40,660 nt of DNA. Source: Dimargaris cristalligena. Its lineage: Eukaryota. The notes beneath the pieces are model-generated. The model saw nothing but the letters and a program-made list of their open reading frames with translations. It searched no databases and was not told the DNA's origin. The translations under genes were made by a program, and so were the position numbers. The stretch lies in assembly GCA_003614675.1 (NCBI GenBank), contig ML002336.1, positions 1-40,660 of the forward strand, given 5' to 3'. Within the stretch, counting starts at the first letter, position 1; each line of letters opens with the position of its first letter. This document shows positions 1 through 11,973 of this stretch, piece by piece.

Positions 1-1891
1 ATTGGATATCCCGCTTACTGTAATTGACCATGTCCAACGAAACGCGGAGGGTGGAGGCGCCGTAGAATTGGTAGGCCCCTTTGTACCGACCCCACAGCGA
101 GGAATTCAACAGGGTCACTTGGGCGGTGAGGGCCTGGTAGGCATGGACGATACCGCCGCCCTGTTGGGCCACGCTATGGTAGAGACCGTTGGCAAGACGG
201 ACGGGGGTACCGGTATTAAAGAGGGCCGAAACGAGGGTCTTGTTGGTGGATCCCTTGCCGGCTTCCAGTAACAGCGCGGTTACACCAGCCACATAGGGTG
301 CCGCCATGGACGTGCCGGACTTTATTCCGTATCCCCCCAGACTAGCGGGCAAGGTGGAGAAGACCCGCGAGCCCGGGGCGGCCAGATTGGGTTTGGCGCC
401 CCCGAATGGTGTCGGGCCCCAGCTCGAGAACCAGGACACGGTGTTCGCCGCCGGGTTATCAAACATGCTGTACTCGCTGCCCACCGTGATTTTGGTGGAG
501 GTGGCTGAAGAGGCAGTAGTGAGGGCGGAGAGTAGCTTCACACCATCCCGCTTTTCCACGGCGAAGACCGGTATGGTGATATCGGTGGTCAGGGCAACCT
601 CGAGCATCTCCTGGTCAATGTTATTGTAAATCAGCATTCCCACCGCACCGGCTTTGAGCAAATTGAGGGCCTTCGTATCAAACGGGCAAACGCCCCGCTG
701 GACCAGACCCACCTTACCGGCCATATTGCTCACCTCCGTGCAACCCAGATCGGTGCCCTGGGTGTCCCGAACCGATGCGAGGGACACGTTGGTTAAATTG
801 GCCGTCGCGTTGAATTGGCTCTGGAATGGCGTCCGGGCCATCTGCCACTTCGCATTAGGTGTCGTTACATTGACATAGTACGAGTAAAACTGCGGCGACT
901 CGGTTGCCCCCACTGAAATGCAGCTTGGAGCCACCGCGGGCGAGTTCATCGTGAACAAACCGCCCTGCCCGTCATTACCGGCCGCCACAATGACCATCCG
1001 TCCCTTAGCCATCAGGGCTTCGGCGGCCTGGGACTCGATCCAGGACTTCCAGCCGCTAGTAGTCCCGATGGACAAGTTGATGACATCCATATTGTCGGCG
1101 TAGGCCAGTTCCATGGCCCTGACCATCACATCGGAAGTGGTTAGTCCGGCGCAGCCCATCGCCTTGTAGATGCCCAAAGTGGCCTCAGGGGCCACCCCGC
1201 GGAACGGACCGTCGTCACCGGCGATAATCCCCGCCACATGAGTGCCGTGTCCCAAACAGTCATCGGTGGGCTTGGACTGGGGGGCCGGGTCGCTACCGGG
1301 TACAAAAGCTGGTCCTACTAAATCGGCACCATACTGCACGCGGCAGCCGGCCGTTTTATAGCACCGACCAAAGGCGGGGTGGTTAAGATCCAGTCCCGAA
1401 TCAATAATACCAATCTTGATGCCTTTACCCAGACGTTTCAGCTCCTGGTGGACCCGGGTGACCCCCGTGGCGGCATGTTCGAGCATCGGTAGGGGACTCA
1501 TGGTATGGTCAGGTAAACCCCCGGACGTGTCCAATGAGGTCAGTTCCAGACGCCAAATATCCGAAACGCTCCCCAGGCCGGCCATGGTTTCGGCGTGGTC
1601 CCGGTCGATTTTAATACTCTTGCCGTTGACCAGCGTGGTGTAGTTGTAGCGGACGGTAAAGGGAATGCCCGCGGTTTTCATTTGTTTATCAAAGTCACGG
1701 GCCGCTTGGCGACCCTCGGATGACTCCGGGTCGCCGGTAAATTGAACGACGAAAATGTTGGGGATAGCATTGAGCTGCCACTTGTCCATGGGGAACTGTG
1801 TGGTACCGGAAACGGGGGATTGGCCGTTGGACAGGGTTCCGGCGGCGAGCAGCGCCGCTGTGGTAAAAAGGGCCAAGCCTCGGTACATCAT
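1..1891 (-). CDS. Secreted subtilisin-like serine protease (S8A) with I9-like propeptide and PA domain; 3' end runs off the window
   Basis: Manually read minus-strand frame, not in the ORF track because no stop lies in the window. It starts at ATG 1891 (MMYRGLALFTTAALLAAGTLS, signal-like). Catalytic motifs: GIKIGIIDSGLDLNHPAFG (~1370-1425), GHGTHVAGIIAG (~1215-1250), VAAGNDG, SGTSMAAPYVAG (~285-320). PA-like GLVQRGVCPF and SWFSSWGP are also present. Confidence 0.93.
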   Translation of the reverse strand, partial: MMYRGLALFTTAALLAAGTLSNGQSPVSGTTQFPMDKWQLNAIPNIFVVQFTGDPESSEGRQAARDFDKQMKTAGIPFTVRYNYTTLVNGKSIKIDRDHAETMAGLGSVSDIWRLELTSLDTSGGLPDHTMSPLPMLEHAATGVTRVHQELKRLGKGIKIGIIDSGLDLNHPAFGRCYKTAGCRVQYGADLVGPAFVPGSDPAPQSKPTDDCLGHGTHVAGIIAGDDGPFRGVAPEATLGIYKAMGCAGLTTSDVMVRAMELAYADNMDVINLSIGTTSGWKSWIESQAAEALMAKGRMVIVAAGNDGQGGLFTMNSPAVAPSCISVGATESPQFYSYYVNVTTPNAKWQMARTPFQSQFNATANLTNVSLASVRDTQGTDLGCTEVSNMAGKVGLVQRGVCPFDTKALNLLKAGAVGMLIYNNIDQEMLEVALTTDITIPVFAVEKRDGVKLLSALTTASSATSTKITVGSEYSMFDNPAANTVSWFSSWGPTPFGGAKPNLAAPGSRVFSTLPASLGGYGIKSGTSMAAPYVAGVTALLLEAGKGSTNKTLVSALFNTGTPVRLANGLYHSVAQQGGGIVHAYQALTAQVTLLNSSLWGRYKGAYQFYGASTLRVSLDMVNYSKRDIQ

Positions 1892-4800
1892 GTTGCCTCA
1901 CGTTCGGATATAATAGGGAAGCTGGGCAGGTCCAGTCCAGGGGGTTTACTATCAGTACGATAGATGAATATAAAGAGTAAAATTAATGGAATAGGTAAAT
2001 AGCATAAAAACAAATTACGAGTAAGATGGGCATTAAATTGTGGTAGTTGAATGGCGTTTAATTACAGGGATAAAAATAATTTGTATAGTCGGCATTAATA
2101 ATAATAAACAGAAGCGGGTTGATGGGCGCCGGGCCTTCGGGGAGCTAGTAGGGCAATATAGCACCACAATATTGGTTATATAGATAAAATAAAACACATA
2201 AAGGTAAATTAGAAATGATGTGGCACTTAAGTATCGATGAGCAGGGCCAGTCGTTTATATGGAAACATGGTGAATCAAGCAGCACCCCCACACCCCCATG
2301 CTATCTCAACACGATCCAAGACAAAGAGTAACGGCCAGTCTTGTGCCAATTTACGTAGAAATTCATAGTTCGCGCGTCCATCATTGGTCGTGTCAATCAG
2401 TCTCTCTAGGTGGGAAAATGAACGCGGCTTTTCACCGGTAGGCCGGTGGGGCGATGGTCAGACTGGTACCTTCAATGTGCCCAAGCAAGGGTTGGCACTC
2501 ATTAGCCAGGGCCTTAGCCGGTACAAAAGGGACTGTACTATAGAAAAAGGGAGAGAGAGTGGGCTAGTATGGGCAAAAGGGTCTTCGCTGACGGCTCTGT
2601 ATCGGTGAGGCTTCCTCAGCCGTAAATCCTTTTGACTAACCTGGTCTTCACTCAGATAGGGTTAATCGCTCTTTTAACCAATCAATATTCACCGTAAATG
2701 GAGGTGTGATCCAATTTTAGAAAGATTAGTGGGTGAAGGTAATTCAAATTCCACTACCAGGGCGATTGGACGGTAGGCGTCCACTGGCTCTTTTGTACAC
2801 AATACTGGTCATCCCCTCTCCCCCTCCCCAAAGTAACGGTGCCTGGAGGAGTTTCAATACAACCGTTTATAGTAATTTTGCATAAAGTGGCGAAGGGGAT
2901 GGCCAATGGACGTTCCATGGTTTCAAGCCAGAACGACATGCTCCTGAAAATACTGTATCCGGTGTACTGTTAGGTTGGACTTAACATACATATGCAACAG
3001 CCTTTACTACGGGGAGCGCCTTATAATAAGAATAGTCCCACCAGCCTTGCAGGTACGACCTGGGTGTTGTAGAGATTTTCACCCGGTCATTACTAAAAAT
3101 AAATAAGTGGGCGAATTGGGCCAAGAGTCAGTAGATATTCTTAATTCACCATTACCAATATGACATTTGAAAGCACTATATTCGCCACTTGCACTTCAAA
3201 ATAATGTTCTATATTGCGAGATCAGACGGGGCTATAGAGTCGTATAAATAAATATGCGAACTTGTCTATTATATTATATATTTCATTTAACCACACTTAC
3301 CTTCAATTGAGGATTGGGTTTATTACAAGAGGAGTCAGGCTTGGAGACATTAGGTAGAATGTATGAACCCCGTGGACTATATTTGGTTTTTATCTTCCTG
3401 CTCAGCCATCCCTGCTTAACCACCAACTTAACCCAGCGCCTGACAGTAAACAAATGTCGTATATATCAAAAGGCTGTAGCTGTAACTGTCCCTGTTTAGT
3501 ATGACCAGTTGTTCGGAGTTCAATTGCATGGTGGAGACAAGTTAGGGGCTGCCCTCTCCACTCCCTCCGAAGTGCCGCTGGCACTAATAGATGCAGGGGG
3601 CAACCCCTCTCCCCAGACTTACACCTTGATTACAGAAAAAGAATGGCTCCAAAAACCCCAAGTTGATTTATGATTTGAAATAAGGAATATTAAAACTCTT
3701 GCTAATACTATACTTCATCTGGTCCCTAAAACTGGCAACATTCTCCCCGATTCTCACCAATGTCCGTCGTGCCTTCTAAAGAGGTAGCGCCGGATAGATT
3801 TTAATGCGTATTGGTGATTGATTGCCTTTGTGCCGATCAATTGAAGTTACCAAAAAGGGTACATGGATCCTGGCGTATATCTAAAGTAGCCCCGTGGTAA
3901 TTTTATAGTTCGTTTTTATTTCAGTTAAGTCTTTTTCTAAGAACGACCCCAGCCATTGACCCATCCTAGAATAGTATTTGGCTAGGCTTGAGTGTTATAC
4001 GTTTTAGATCGAAATTTCCTATTGAAGTAGTTTCCATAAAACTGCACTTTAGAATAAATATAGGTGTGATAGCGGGAAGGGAGGAGGGGCGAGGAATTAG
4101 AAAAGCAGGCTATTCATTTGGCTGAACAGGATGTGTGGGGGTCCCCCTAAATTACCTAATGATGCCATTCGTAGATGTGTTGAAAGAATAGAAGCGATAT
4201 GGGACTGCTTTGGCTTGATAATTCCGGGTACAATTTGACCATTTCAACATTCTATAACATCGTGGGGGAATCCTATTCCCAAATTAAATATTACACATGT
4301 CTCTGTGGTGACGAATTTGCCTCCCCATCCCCCCTGCCTGCATTTTATTGGACGCTGAGGAGTAGTTTCTTACTATGGCGGGAAGCCGAGTGGGGACTAA
4401 GTAAACTAGTAAACACCGAGGAGGGTTATTTATGGAGAAGATATATAAGTTTAAAATAAGTATTTTATTGAAACATGAAAATCTTTTGGGTACGTGAGTT
4501 GTCCCTTCTTTTATATCTATATCTCGGGTATCTGGGTAGAGTGACTGCCGTTCGTTGCTTGTTCTGAGGGGGCCGCTATAGTGAGGGAATTGGATGGAGC
4601 ATTCTCATTGGTTGGGATGAGGGGTCGTTCTGACTCGGGGTTGTCCGCCCCCTCTGAGGGTTGCATTACATCCATTCCCCCTTGCTTACTATGTCAGCAA
4701 CAGCAAGCTATTCCACCAAGCAGTTTCACACAGTACACTTGAGCAGAGGAATGTGGTGAGACATTTCATAAGCCAATTCCCATTCGAGCCCACAGGTGGA

Positions 4801-4959
4801 GCCTAACCCGCATGTAGCTCCTTTTTGTACTTCTCAAACCATACCAATTCCCTTTCCGGAATCCGATATTGGTATTATAGTTGTTTTGTAATTGCTTTCT
4901 GGTCTACTAGAGACCTCGTCGCTATCGTTACAGTCGTTGTCGCCGTTGTTACCGACACC

Positions 4960-6820
4960 ATGGAAACACCCCTGGATGACTTTCATCAGTACAAGCTCGA
5001 AAAGGAGCAGTGGGTTACCGGTCATACCGGCTCATCAACCTTAGAGGTCGTTGAAGTCAATGTCGTCTGCTTGGTAAGTTGAGACCATAACCTAGGCCTG
5101 TCCTACCTAGAGACCTTAGCGGTTGTGCCATTCATTTTGTAGATAGATATGTAGGAATATACTTTGGCGAGCTAGAACCGTGGCTAAATATACCCTTAAT
5201 CTGACCATTTATACATTATCATTATCAACCTGATGTGGAGAATAATTATGGGTGATTATCACATATTCGTTGTATCCCCCTGTTTCCTAAACTAATCTCT
5301 ATAAATTCCTTTACCTATTTATATTTACCGCGCAGGTGAGCTACTGGGCCTGGCTGGCCTGGAAGACCTATCGCGACAATGGCCGACTTCCCCAACCGGA
5401 ACAGCGATCCCTTAGTTCCTTCATGGCCACCTACGGCTTTTTCATCGTTCCCCTTATCCTCTCATGCACCAATATCCCCTACCGACTCCCGCTCATGGGC
5501 GCCATGGTCGCCCTCGGGGCCGTATTCTTCGCCGGGATCCAGCCCCGGAGTGCGGAGGACCTCCACCGGGACAGTGACGACCTCAAAATCGATACCGCGG
5601 CCCTCCCGCCCCGCCGGGCCTATATTTCCGTCTACCGCTCGGTCCTTATGATCATGACCTGCGTGTGTATCCTGGCCGTCGATTTCCCCATCTTCCCCCG
5701 CTCCTATGCCAAAGTCGAAACTTACGGTACCTCCTTGATGGACATTGGTGTGGGTAGTTTCGTGTTTTCCGCCGGTATCGTCGGAGCTCGGGCGTATTTG
5801 CCCGGAAACCATCGGGAAGCGAATAAGTCGTTTGCCACTAAACTAGCCGAAAGTTTAAAAATGTCCCTGGCCTTGTTTGTGCTCGGCATCGGGCGTATGC
5901 TGTCGGTGAAGGGCGCGGAGTATCAGGAACATGTCTCCGAATACGGCGTGCACTGGAACTTCTTCTTCACTCTGGGCTTGTTGCCCGTGTCGATTTGTCT
6001 ATGCCAGGTTTTGTGGCCTTCACCCGCGGTGACAGGGTCAGTTTTGGCGCTAGGCTATCAGCTGGCCCTTACTTATGGGGGTTGGGAGGAGTTTGTTTTA
6101 CATGCCCCTCGCGTGGATTTGCTCAGTATGAACAAGGAAGGCATCCTGGGCTTTATCGGATACTTGTCCATTTCGCTTCTGGCCATTGCCCTAGGTAGAC
6201 TCCTACTGGTCAGCGATCCCAAGGCCGGTAATAATCTCCGCCGGCCTCTAATGCTAATGGCTTTGGGAGGCGGGATTTGGTGCGTATTTCTAGTGGTCGA
6301 GTCGTGGATTGGGATTCCGGTGTCTAGACGCTTGGTAAGTACCTCGAGCTATATATATATATATCGGATATGAAACTCCGGTCTCTTCTATCGAAATGGT
6401 ACATCCGTGCTAATATCCCCTTCTAAATCACATCGCTCCTGTATCATATGATTAACCCTGCTTCTTTTATTTTTTTACGCAACTTTTCTAATCGGGTCCA
6501 CCTAGGTCAATCTCCCCTATATACTCTGGACTGTTTCCTTCAATTTCCCGTTCGTGGTGGGCTTCGCCTTGATCGAATACCTAGTCAATTGGAAAGCCGG
6601 CATCACCCGCATTCCGGACCACGATACGAATATTCCGTGGGGCCTCTCGAATTTCAACCGGTTTGGCTTATCCACCTTTTTAGTTGCTAATATTCTTACC
6701 GGGCTGGTTAACTTCTCAATCAAGACGCTGTACGCCAGCGATGTACAGAGTTTGGCGATTTTACTGGCGTATATGTTAGTGGTGTTTATTTACGTCACTT
6801 TGCGGGCGGTGTGGGCTTAA
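4960..6820 (+). CDS. GWT1: GPI inositol acyltransferase Gwt1/PIG-W; exons 4960-5073, 5336-6334, 6506-6820 (~475 aa)
   Basis: Family motifs: YKLEKEQWVTGHTGSS, ILAVDFPIFPRSYAKVETYGTSLMDIGVGSFVFS, EYQEHVSEYGVHWNFFFTLG, NKEGILGFIGY, and SRRL|VNLPYILW across a splice junction. Both introns are GTAAGT...YAG and phase 0. Confidence 0.95.
6350..6364. repeat. (TA)n microsatellite in GWT1 intron 2
   Basis: tatatatatatatat seen directly. Confidence 0.85.
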
Positions 6821-6905
6821 CCTGTACTCCAAAGATTAATTGAATTAAACGTGTTTACCATTGGCTATATGAAGTAGGAGAACAGCGTGGGCGGGTCGCT
6901 GCATT

Positions 6906-9278
6906 TCAAACAGTGACCAGACAGATGTAATCCCAGAGTAGAACCGCTAGTCGAGTGGCGTCAAGTTGCTGGATTCCAAGGATGTCCAAGGATGGTAAGG
7001 AGTGGTGCTGCCCCAATTTAGCATCCCGAGCGGAATGAGGCGAGTTCGGAAGTAGTGCTTGCAGATCCACGATCTTTTGAGGGGCGTTGGGGGAATCCAG
7101 GGTTTTCGGGTGATAATAAATGTAGATATAACGGGAACGGCTCGCCACCAAACTAAATCGGGGTCCGCTATTATTATTACTAGATTGGTTGTTCATCCGG
7201 TCCACGTATAGGAATTTCTTATTTTGCAGGGCGGCTTGGACGTAACCGAAAGCCGGAAAAGTAGCAACGTGCTCGGCATTCATGGCCGGGGGCGAATCAA
7301 TCCAAGGGGGGTCTACCGGACCGGTCGGGTTGATAAGCGTGATAGCGGATTGGCACCAAGTTAATTGGTAGATCAGGGCGTCCACCCCAAACTTTAAACA
7401 TGTCCGGACCCATGGCCAGGCGGTTTTGGACTCTAAGATCGGTGCTGACGCTGACGCTGGCTCCGCAAAAGGGGTGCATAACCATTCATGATTGGTATTG
7501 ATGGTCTGTGCGATTTGTTGGCCATTGGTAACGGTAAATGCCGTGATAACTAAATCACCCTCACTGTAATCCTCCACTTCGGGCGGTTCGTTCAGCAGCC
7601 GGTCGATGAGGCTGGACTGGTCTTCTTCCCCGGTGGCCAAACTGGCCCGTGACCAACCATGGCGGACTTTTTGGCGAACGATTTGTTGGGCCGAAAGTTG
7701 GGTAGGGGCTTCAGGGCCGGTATATTTGGCCAAATTTTCGAGGATCGTATGGAATTCGCTGGGGTCCAAGGTTTCCGGCACGTCGTCCATGGCTGGACTT
7801 GCCGTTGATTGAGCGGCTATTTGGTCCTGGTGTAAGTGGGTCCACCGAGTTTTAGTATGCCGTTTCTGTAAATAAAGGGTCAGGAGATGGCCCTGTTCGA
7901 TAGTCCAGAAACTCTCGTCGGGTACAATTTCCCCGAAAAAAGCCCGGTGTTTGAATGAAGGTAGCTCATGGGCAATGGGGGAGGGGCTAGTAGAATCGGT
8001 TGCTGTCCCTATGGTGAGTGAGATTGAATCCCGGTGTAATTGGCAATCCACTTGGTCAGCGGGAACGCTCACTGGGAGTTGGTAGCTAACGGTGACCTCG
8101 TCGGCGGACTGCATCCACGCATACGTGGGCCTTGGGGGTGTTAGTAGCGATAGTGATGATGGTGTTTCGGCAGCTGATTCATTGGCGGTGCTTCGTCGAT
8201 CGGTGGCGGTATCAGTGCCTTCAGATGAAGGTTCAGGTGGGGGAAACGGGGAGGGCTGGTTGACGGGGCCTTTTACTGCCAACGCGAAGAAGGTTCCGCA
8301 GGGTGAAAACCCGACCTGGAGGGGAATTTGGTGGGTCAGTACGGAACTCCGGGGGGCTACGATGGTTGATTCGGTCGAGGAAGTGACCAGTGGAATATCG
8401 TGCACAGCCAGGGCATACGGGTAGAAATGGGGCTGCTGTTGCTGATGGTGGTGGTGGTGCGGATACATGGTGGGTGGGTGCTCGGTTAGCATGGAGGGTG
8501 GTCGGGTAGGACCAATTTGGCCGGGGGTAAACTGAATCGGGGAAACGGGTAAAGCTGGGTCGTCGCGTAAAAACCGGTGTAGTATTAGGCAGCGAACCAT
8601 AGTCGGGGAGCTGGTGCCTTCAGCATCGTTGTCGGTTTGAATCGTGGCTTCCAGAAGTTGAAATGGAACGTTGTCCGCCGTTTTATCACCGAGTGGACAC
8701 TGAGCTCGTTGAATAATCTCAAAATCCAGCCCAGTCGACTGGCTACAAGCAGTTTCGGGGGCATCGTTAGAGCCGACATGGTTGGTCCCGTGGCGACGTC
8801 GAAGTAGTTCAATGGTGCCATTTGGTAAGAACCGAATGGATAGTTTATAATCAAGTCCTGTACAAGGATGGTCAAGGGGGAGAAACCGAGGTAAAGCGCC
8901 AGCATAACCCGCCGAATCGGCCTCATGTAATGCGCTATCCGTTGTGGAACTAGTGACGGCTGAGTGGTGGTCTAAATCCAACAGCAAGTTCACTAAAGAA
9001 CCATTATCCGTCAAGTAGGCCAGTTCAGCAGGGCGGTCGGATGTGGTATCGGTTGAAATTGAGTTCGAGCTGGGCTGTGCCGACGCCATGAGAACCAGTC
9101 GGTTCTGGCCGGTTCGGGCGGTTGCTTCCAAATAACTGAGGGGCACTATTGGACCATCGGCTAAGCCCACGCTGAGTGGAATGGCTCTGGAGTCGGCGGT
9201 GGTCGGCCAGGCCTGAAGCTTATAGCCGTCGAACTTTGAACTTAGTAGCTCGCTGCGAGGCTGGAAGAGGGACGTCAT
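6906..9278 (-). CDS. NUDCD1: NudC domain-containing protein 1-like (CS/p23 domain co-chaperone)
   Basis: 790-aa intronless ORF. CS-domain signature YAWMQSADEVTVSYQLP...FWTIE..LTLYLQK...RWTHL. The N-terminal LLSSKFDGYKL and C-terminal HVATFPAFGYVQA and ILGIQ motifs resemble NUDCD1. Confidence 0.8.
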   Translation of the reverse strand: MTSLFQPRSELLSSKFDGYKLQAWPTTADSRAIPLSVGLADGPIVPLSYLEATARTGQNRLVLMASAQPSSNSISTDTTSDRPAELAYLTDNGSLVNLLLDLDHHSAVTSSTTDSALHEADSAGYAGALPRFLPLDHPCTGLDYKLSIRFLPNGTIELLRRRHGTNHVGSNDAPETACSQSTGLDFEIIQRAQCPLGDKTADNVPFQLLEATIQTDNDAEGTSSPTMVRCLILHRFLRDDPALPVSPIQFTPGQIGPTRPPSMLTEHPPTMYPHHHHHQQQQPHFYPYALAVHDIPLVTSSTESTIVAPRSSVLTHQIPLQVGFSPCGTFFALAVKGPVNQPSPFPPPEPSSEGTDTATDRRSTANESAAETPSSLSLLTPPRPTYAWMQSADEVTVSYQLPVSVPADQVDCQLHRDSISLTIGTATDSTSPSPIAHELPSFKHRAFFGEIVPDESFWTIEQGHLLTLYLQKRHTKTRWTHLHQDQIAAQSTASPAMDDVPETLDPSEFHTILENLAKYTGPEAPTQLSAQQIVRQKVRHGWSRASLATGEEDQSSLIDRLLNEPPEVEDYSEGDLVITAFTVTNGQQIAQTINTNHEWLCTPFAEPASASAPILESKTAWPWVRTCLKFGVDALIYQLTWCQSAITLINPTGPVDPPWIDSPPAMNAEHVATFPAFGYVQAALQNKKFLYVDRMNNQSSNNNSGPRFSLVASRSRYIYIYYHPKTLDSPNAPQKIVDLQALLPNSPHSARDAKLGQHHSLPSLDILGIQQLDATRLAVLLWDYICLVTV

Positions 9279-9603
9279 GAGTGGTATACAAGTCTAATAC
9301 ACGAAAAACTTGGAGAAATAGCACAACAGGTAGTACACAATGTACATGCATTGAGAAACAGCTGGTATTGGACTTCCGTTTTGTCGATGAGCAGCCATGA
9401 ACTGTATTTGCTCACTGTACTTTTTCAGCTCGCTGCGGTTTCACCCAGAGTGGGATGTTCAGCTAAAGGCCCCGTCATGCAGTTCTCTTCTTATTTAGTC
9501 CACCGTCGAATTGGGCTCAATAACGTCTATCCAATGCCTCGATCGTGATTGGTCTTACCAGTACTTGAGCGTTTGTTACTCAAGTGAAACTGAAATCGCC
9601 ACT
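9279..9603. promoter_or_regulatory. Short divergent (bidirectional) promoter region between the NUDCD1-like and PPR-like genes
   Basis: Head-to-head start codons at 9278 (-) and 9604 (+), about 325 bp apart. Confidence 0.55.
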
Positions 9604-11358
9604 ATGCGTATACTCGACTGCGTACTAAAGAACGTTTTACACTCGGGGAGTTCCCCGATCGAACACACCCCGACTATTTGTCGTACATTCGTTCAGCGAC
9701 GAGCATTCCAAACTAGCTGTCCGACCCCTGGCCAGCGGCAAATTATGGCTAAGCGCCGTCGCCCACCAGCCCCCAACTACACCGCAAGCGACCCGTTTAT
9801 CGGCCTTTTGGAACCCCAGTCGTCGTTATTGCCCCCTACGACAAGCCAATCGAACCATACTATACCCCAATACCCAGCTAAACCCCGCACCTGGGGGAGC
9901 CATAGCGTCCACCGCAAGCGACCTGATTTCGGTTTCCGAATAGCAGCAACTTCGGCATCGATTTCCAGCCGGAGCGTATCACCGAATTCCACTTTAGTTG
10001 GGTCAAACTCTACTAGAACTCGATTTAACTTATTAGCGGCTGCTTCCACGACCATCCGCACCCAATCCCATAATGATGGATCTACCCCTCCCGATCCAAC
10101 TTTCTGCCACCAACTCTTCCAGGACTTGGTGTCCGAATACAGCGCCACGCAGTCCCAATTTAGGAGAAGCCCCGATCATCGTATATTGCCCCGCCACCGC
10201 CGACACCACCAGGAGACCATCGCCCACCTCCAAACCCGGATCATCAAAGCTGCCCAACTCTGGCTAGATTTGGCCCAACAGGCCCAGGTACGTTACCTAG
10301 CCGCCCTCCCCCCCTGTGATCGAGATGACCGGGCATTTGCCACCGTTATGTTACCCTCGCCGGCCGACTGCGAGCAGCTCATTCTCGGCCTGGCTACCGT
10401 CAACGAACCTGCCGAGGCCATTGTTGTTTTATCCCGCCGTCAGACATGGTACCCGGGGACCCCCAGTCCCCACGGAGTGACCGCCATTTTGGCGGCCTTT
10501 CAACACACCCGGGCCTCTTCTGAAGCCGTGATGCAGTTTGTGGCCCAAATGCGGGATTGGCACTTGGCCCACACGGCGGATACCCTTCGACCTCTATTGC
10601 TGTTGCTCGCTGAGTCAAACCACCTAGTCGAATTCCGGGGCGTGGTGGATGCGGCGTACAAGGATGGGGTGGATGTACCGTCGTCTATTTTATCGGCCGC
10701 TGTGCAAGTATTCGCCCGCCACCGAAACGAAGCGGCAGTGGTTTACCTATACCGCAACATCGTGTACTATTTTGACGTAGTGACTGTCGCTGAGTTGGAG
10801 GTCTGGTTTTGGGCCGTGGGCGTCGTGGGTCGTCCCGATCTGGCCGTAGCTCTCATGGACCGTATGTACCACCAGAAATTACCCCTCAACCAGCCGATTG
10901 TGGACTGCCTTATCGCTCAACTGATGACGCGCCCCGGGACCTACAGTTCCCTGTTGACACTGCATGAGGAATTCGTGGAGCACGGGTTTGTTTACACCCC
11001 CGATAGTTGGTTCGCCCTACTGGATGCGGCCATTGGCACCGGGGACCGTAAGCTCATCGCGGTTTATTTGAAGTTTGATCAGAGGGAGTGGGCGGTCTTG
11101 ACGGACCCCCACCGCATTCACCGGATTGTGGAAGGACTGCTCCGGCTGAACCAGCCGGCGGACGCGTTCCGGGTACTGCGGGACCGGGTTAAACCATCGG
11201 TGGTGCCGTTTCTTAACACGTATAATCTGGTGGCCGAGGCGGCTAAAGAGGTCAAGGTGGATCTAGTCCCCTTTATCCGTAAGGCGTTGGAACAATTGAA
11301 GAGTCAACCCCCAACGAACCCTAATTTATCGGGTGCCGAAAGCGAAATCCAGTGGTAA
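9604..11358 (+). CDS. Probable mitochondrial PPR/helical-repeat RNA-binding protein
   Basis: First ATG of the 9511-11358 ORF is at 9604. The N-terminus is Arg/Ser/Thr-rich and resembles a targeting peptide (RTFVQRRAFQTSCP). The C-terminal half has ~35-aa helical repeats resembling PPR motifs (PDLAVALMDRMYHQKLPLNQPIVDCLI; DAFRVLRDRVKPSVVPFLNTYNLV). Confidence 0.6.
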   Translation: MRILDCVLKNVLHSGSSPIEHTPTICRTFVQRRAFQTSCPTPGQRQIMAKRRRPPAPNYTASDPFIGLLEPQSSLLPPTTSQSNHTIPQYPAKPRTWGSHSVHRKRPDFGFRIAATSASISSRSVSPNSTLVGSNSTRTRFNLLAAASTTIRTQSHNDGSTPPDPTFCHQLFQDLVSEYSATQSQFRRSPDHRILPRHRRHHQETIAHLQTRIIKAAQLWLDLAQQAQVRYLAALPPCDRDDRAFATVMLPSPADCEQLILGLATVNEPAEAIVVLSRRQTWYPGTPSPHGVTAILAAFQHTRASSEAVMQFVAQMRDWHLAHTADTLRPLLLLLAESNHLVEFRGVVDAAYKDGVDVPSSILSAAVQVFARHRNEAAVVYLYRNIVYYFDVVTVAELEVWFWAVGVVGRPDLAVALMDRMYHQKLPLNQPIVDCLIAQLMTRPGTYSSLLTLHEEFVEHGFVYTPDSWFALLDAAIGTGDRKLIAVYLKFDQREWAVLTDPHRIHRIVEGLLRLNQPADAFRVLRDRVKPSVVPFLNTYNLVAEAAKEVKVDLVPFIRKALEQLKSQPPTNPNLSGAESEIQW

Positions 11359-11833
11359 TTAATCGAGGGCAATAATCTCTAGTTGACCACGGATCATGGA
11401 CCTGGCGATGGGTTAAATGACGTTAGTGGGACCTCGCTTATCCTCTTGGGACTTCTTTCTCCAATTTTCCTTCGACTGCAGGCCATATTTAGGGAGGGTT
11501 ATCTCCGGACCTTGATAAACCGGGTCGCCGTCGATAGAGCCATCCTTTCATCAGACTAAGGTTCGATGCGTTACGGTTGTTTGCATCCGGATTAGCTCGG
11601 CTCTATCCATGTTTCTTTGATATATCGCCAGATATGACGACGTCTTGGCCAGAACAATTAGGCTTCAGGTGGGTAGGGCTACCATGTCTAGCTTAGCTTT
11701 AACGAAGCCTGCTTGTTGAAGGGGGTGGCGACGGCGGAGATCACTTAACCGCCATTGTTCTTGTCGCATTCGAGGGGTTTGTGTTAGTGATCCGTAGGCT
11801 CCGCGGTTATAAGGGAGATGCTGACCCGCAGAC

Positions 11834-11841
11834 TATAAATA
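11834..11841 (+). promoter_or_regulatory. Putative TATA box of the GPI-type surface protein gene
   Basis: TATAAATA 140 bp upstream of ATG 11974, followed by a pyrimidine-rich leader. Confidence 0.4.
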
Positions 11842-11973
11842 CTCGGTAGGACGGCTCCTCTACTTCGATAATTAAGTCATTGGTCTTCTCATCCTGCTTC
11901 ATCTCTATATAGGGTCTTCAATACTACACGCACTTCGTCATCCCTTTTTTATCCCACTCCTAAGTTAGTAACC

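Noticed and set aside
2-1963. Series of short plus-strand ORFs in the track
   Set aside because: They are antisense shadows of the minus-strand subtilisin gene, which has all the catalytic motifs.
1960-4900. Short ORFs and possible RNA genes between subtilisin 1 and GWT1
   Set aside because: No tRNA cloverleaf, snoRNA box pair or protein motif could be supported.
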